The notes under the pieces: model-generated | What the model saw: the letters and a program-made list of their open reading frames with translations, nothing else | Told to the model about the DNA's origin: nothing | The model's database searches: none | Made by a program: the position numbers and the translations under genes | In this document: piece by piece, positions 63,966-64,000 of the stretch | Layout of the letters: every line of letters begins with the position of its first letter | Numbering within the stretch: position 1 is the stretch's first letter | NCBI GenBank assembly: GCA_045546875.1 | Contig: JAZQDP010000051.1 | Location: forward strand, 9,016 to 73,015 | Length of the DNA: 64,000 nucleotides | Direction of reading: 5' to 3' | Source: Thermoguttaceae bacterium | GTDB taxonomy: Bacteria > Planctomycetota > Planctomycetia > Pirellulales > Thermoguttaceae

Positions 63966-64000
63966 TTATTCTTCCTCAAAATAATGAAATCCTTTTCTCT
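63966..64000 (-). CDS. 3' end of an upstream gene, probable paralogue of 63358-63945 (partial)
   Basis: The minus-strand frame reads ...RKGFHYFEEE-stop (stop at 63968-63966), resembling the GDGWFYVEE C-terminus of the next gene. Only 11 codons are visible. Confidence 0.3.
   Translation of the reverse strand, partial: RKGFHYFEEE

Overview
The window has two parts. Positions 1 to about 25,150 are one end of a prophage-like element that runs off the left edge. All of its roughly 50 CDS are on the minus strand. Transcription order runs right to left: small early genes of unknown function, a Xis-type HTH protein, tRNA-Thr(UGU), a RuvC-like/YqaJ-exonuclease/RecT recombination module, interleaved Lar-like and YopX-like paralogues, a DUF4373-type replication organiser plus DnaC-like loader, regulators, a ParB-like protein, a GT-A-like protein, then TerS, TerL and portal. 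No integrase or CI-like repressor is visible. The right boundary coincides with what looks like the 3' half of a tRNA-Met(CAU) gene followed by a terminator. Positions about 25,200 to 64,000 are chromosomal. The gene content points to the Planctomycetes/Verrucomicrobia/Lentisphaerae (PVC) group: three tandem DUF1559 HX9DG pseudopilin-like genes, a very long YidC, GH97 and UxaC. Recognisable genes include purE, prmC, a polyprenyl synthase, a GHMP kinase, uxaC, yidC, tsaB, a PAP2 phosphatase and a flavin-reductase/rubredoxin/rubrerythrin fusion. The points most worth follow-up are: (1) two paralogous early-operon leaders with face-to-face consensus promoters that predict small antisense RNAs; (2) a 53-aa stand-alone homologue of the NrdD glycyl-radical tail; (3) an iteron origin inside the replication gene and a second, non-coding copy of the same architecture at the prophage end; (4) a family of intergenic inverted-repeat elements ending in TATAAT-like boxes, plus a roughly 500-bp nested foldback; (5) a 13-copy heptamer microsatellite upstream of uxaC; (6) a radical-SAM gene with tandem unknown paralogues at the right edge. 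All functional calls come from motif recognition by eye. No database search was run.
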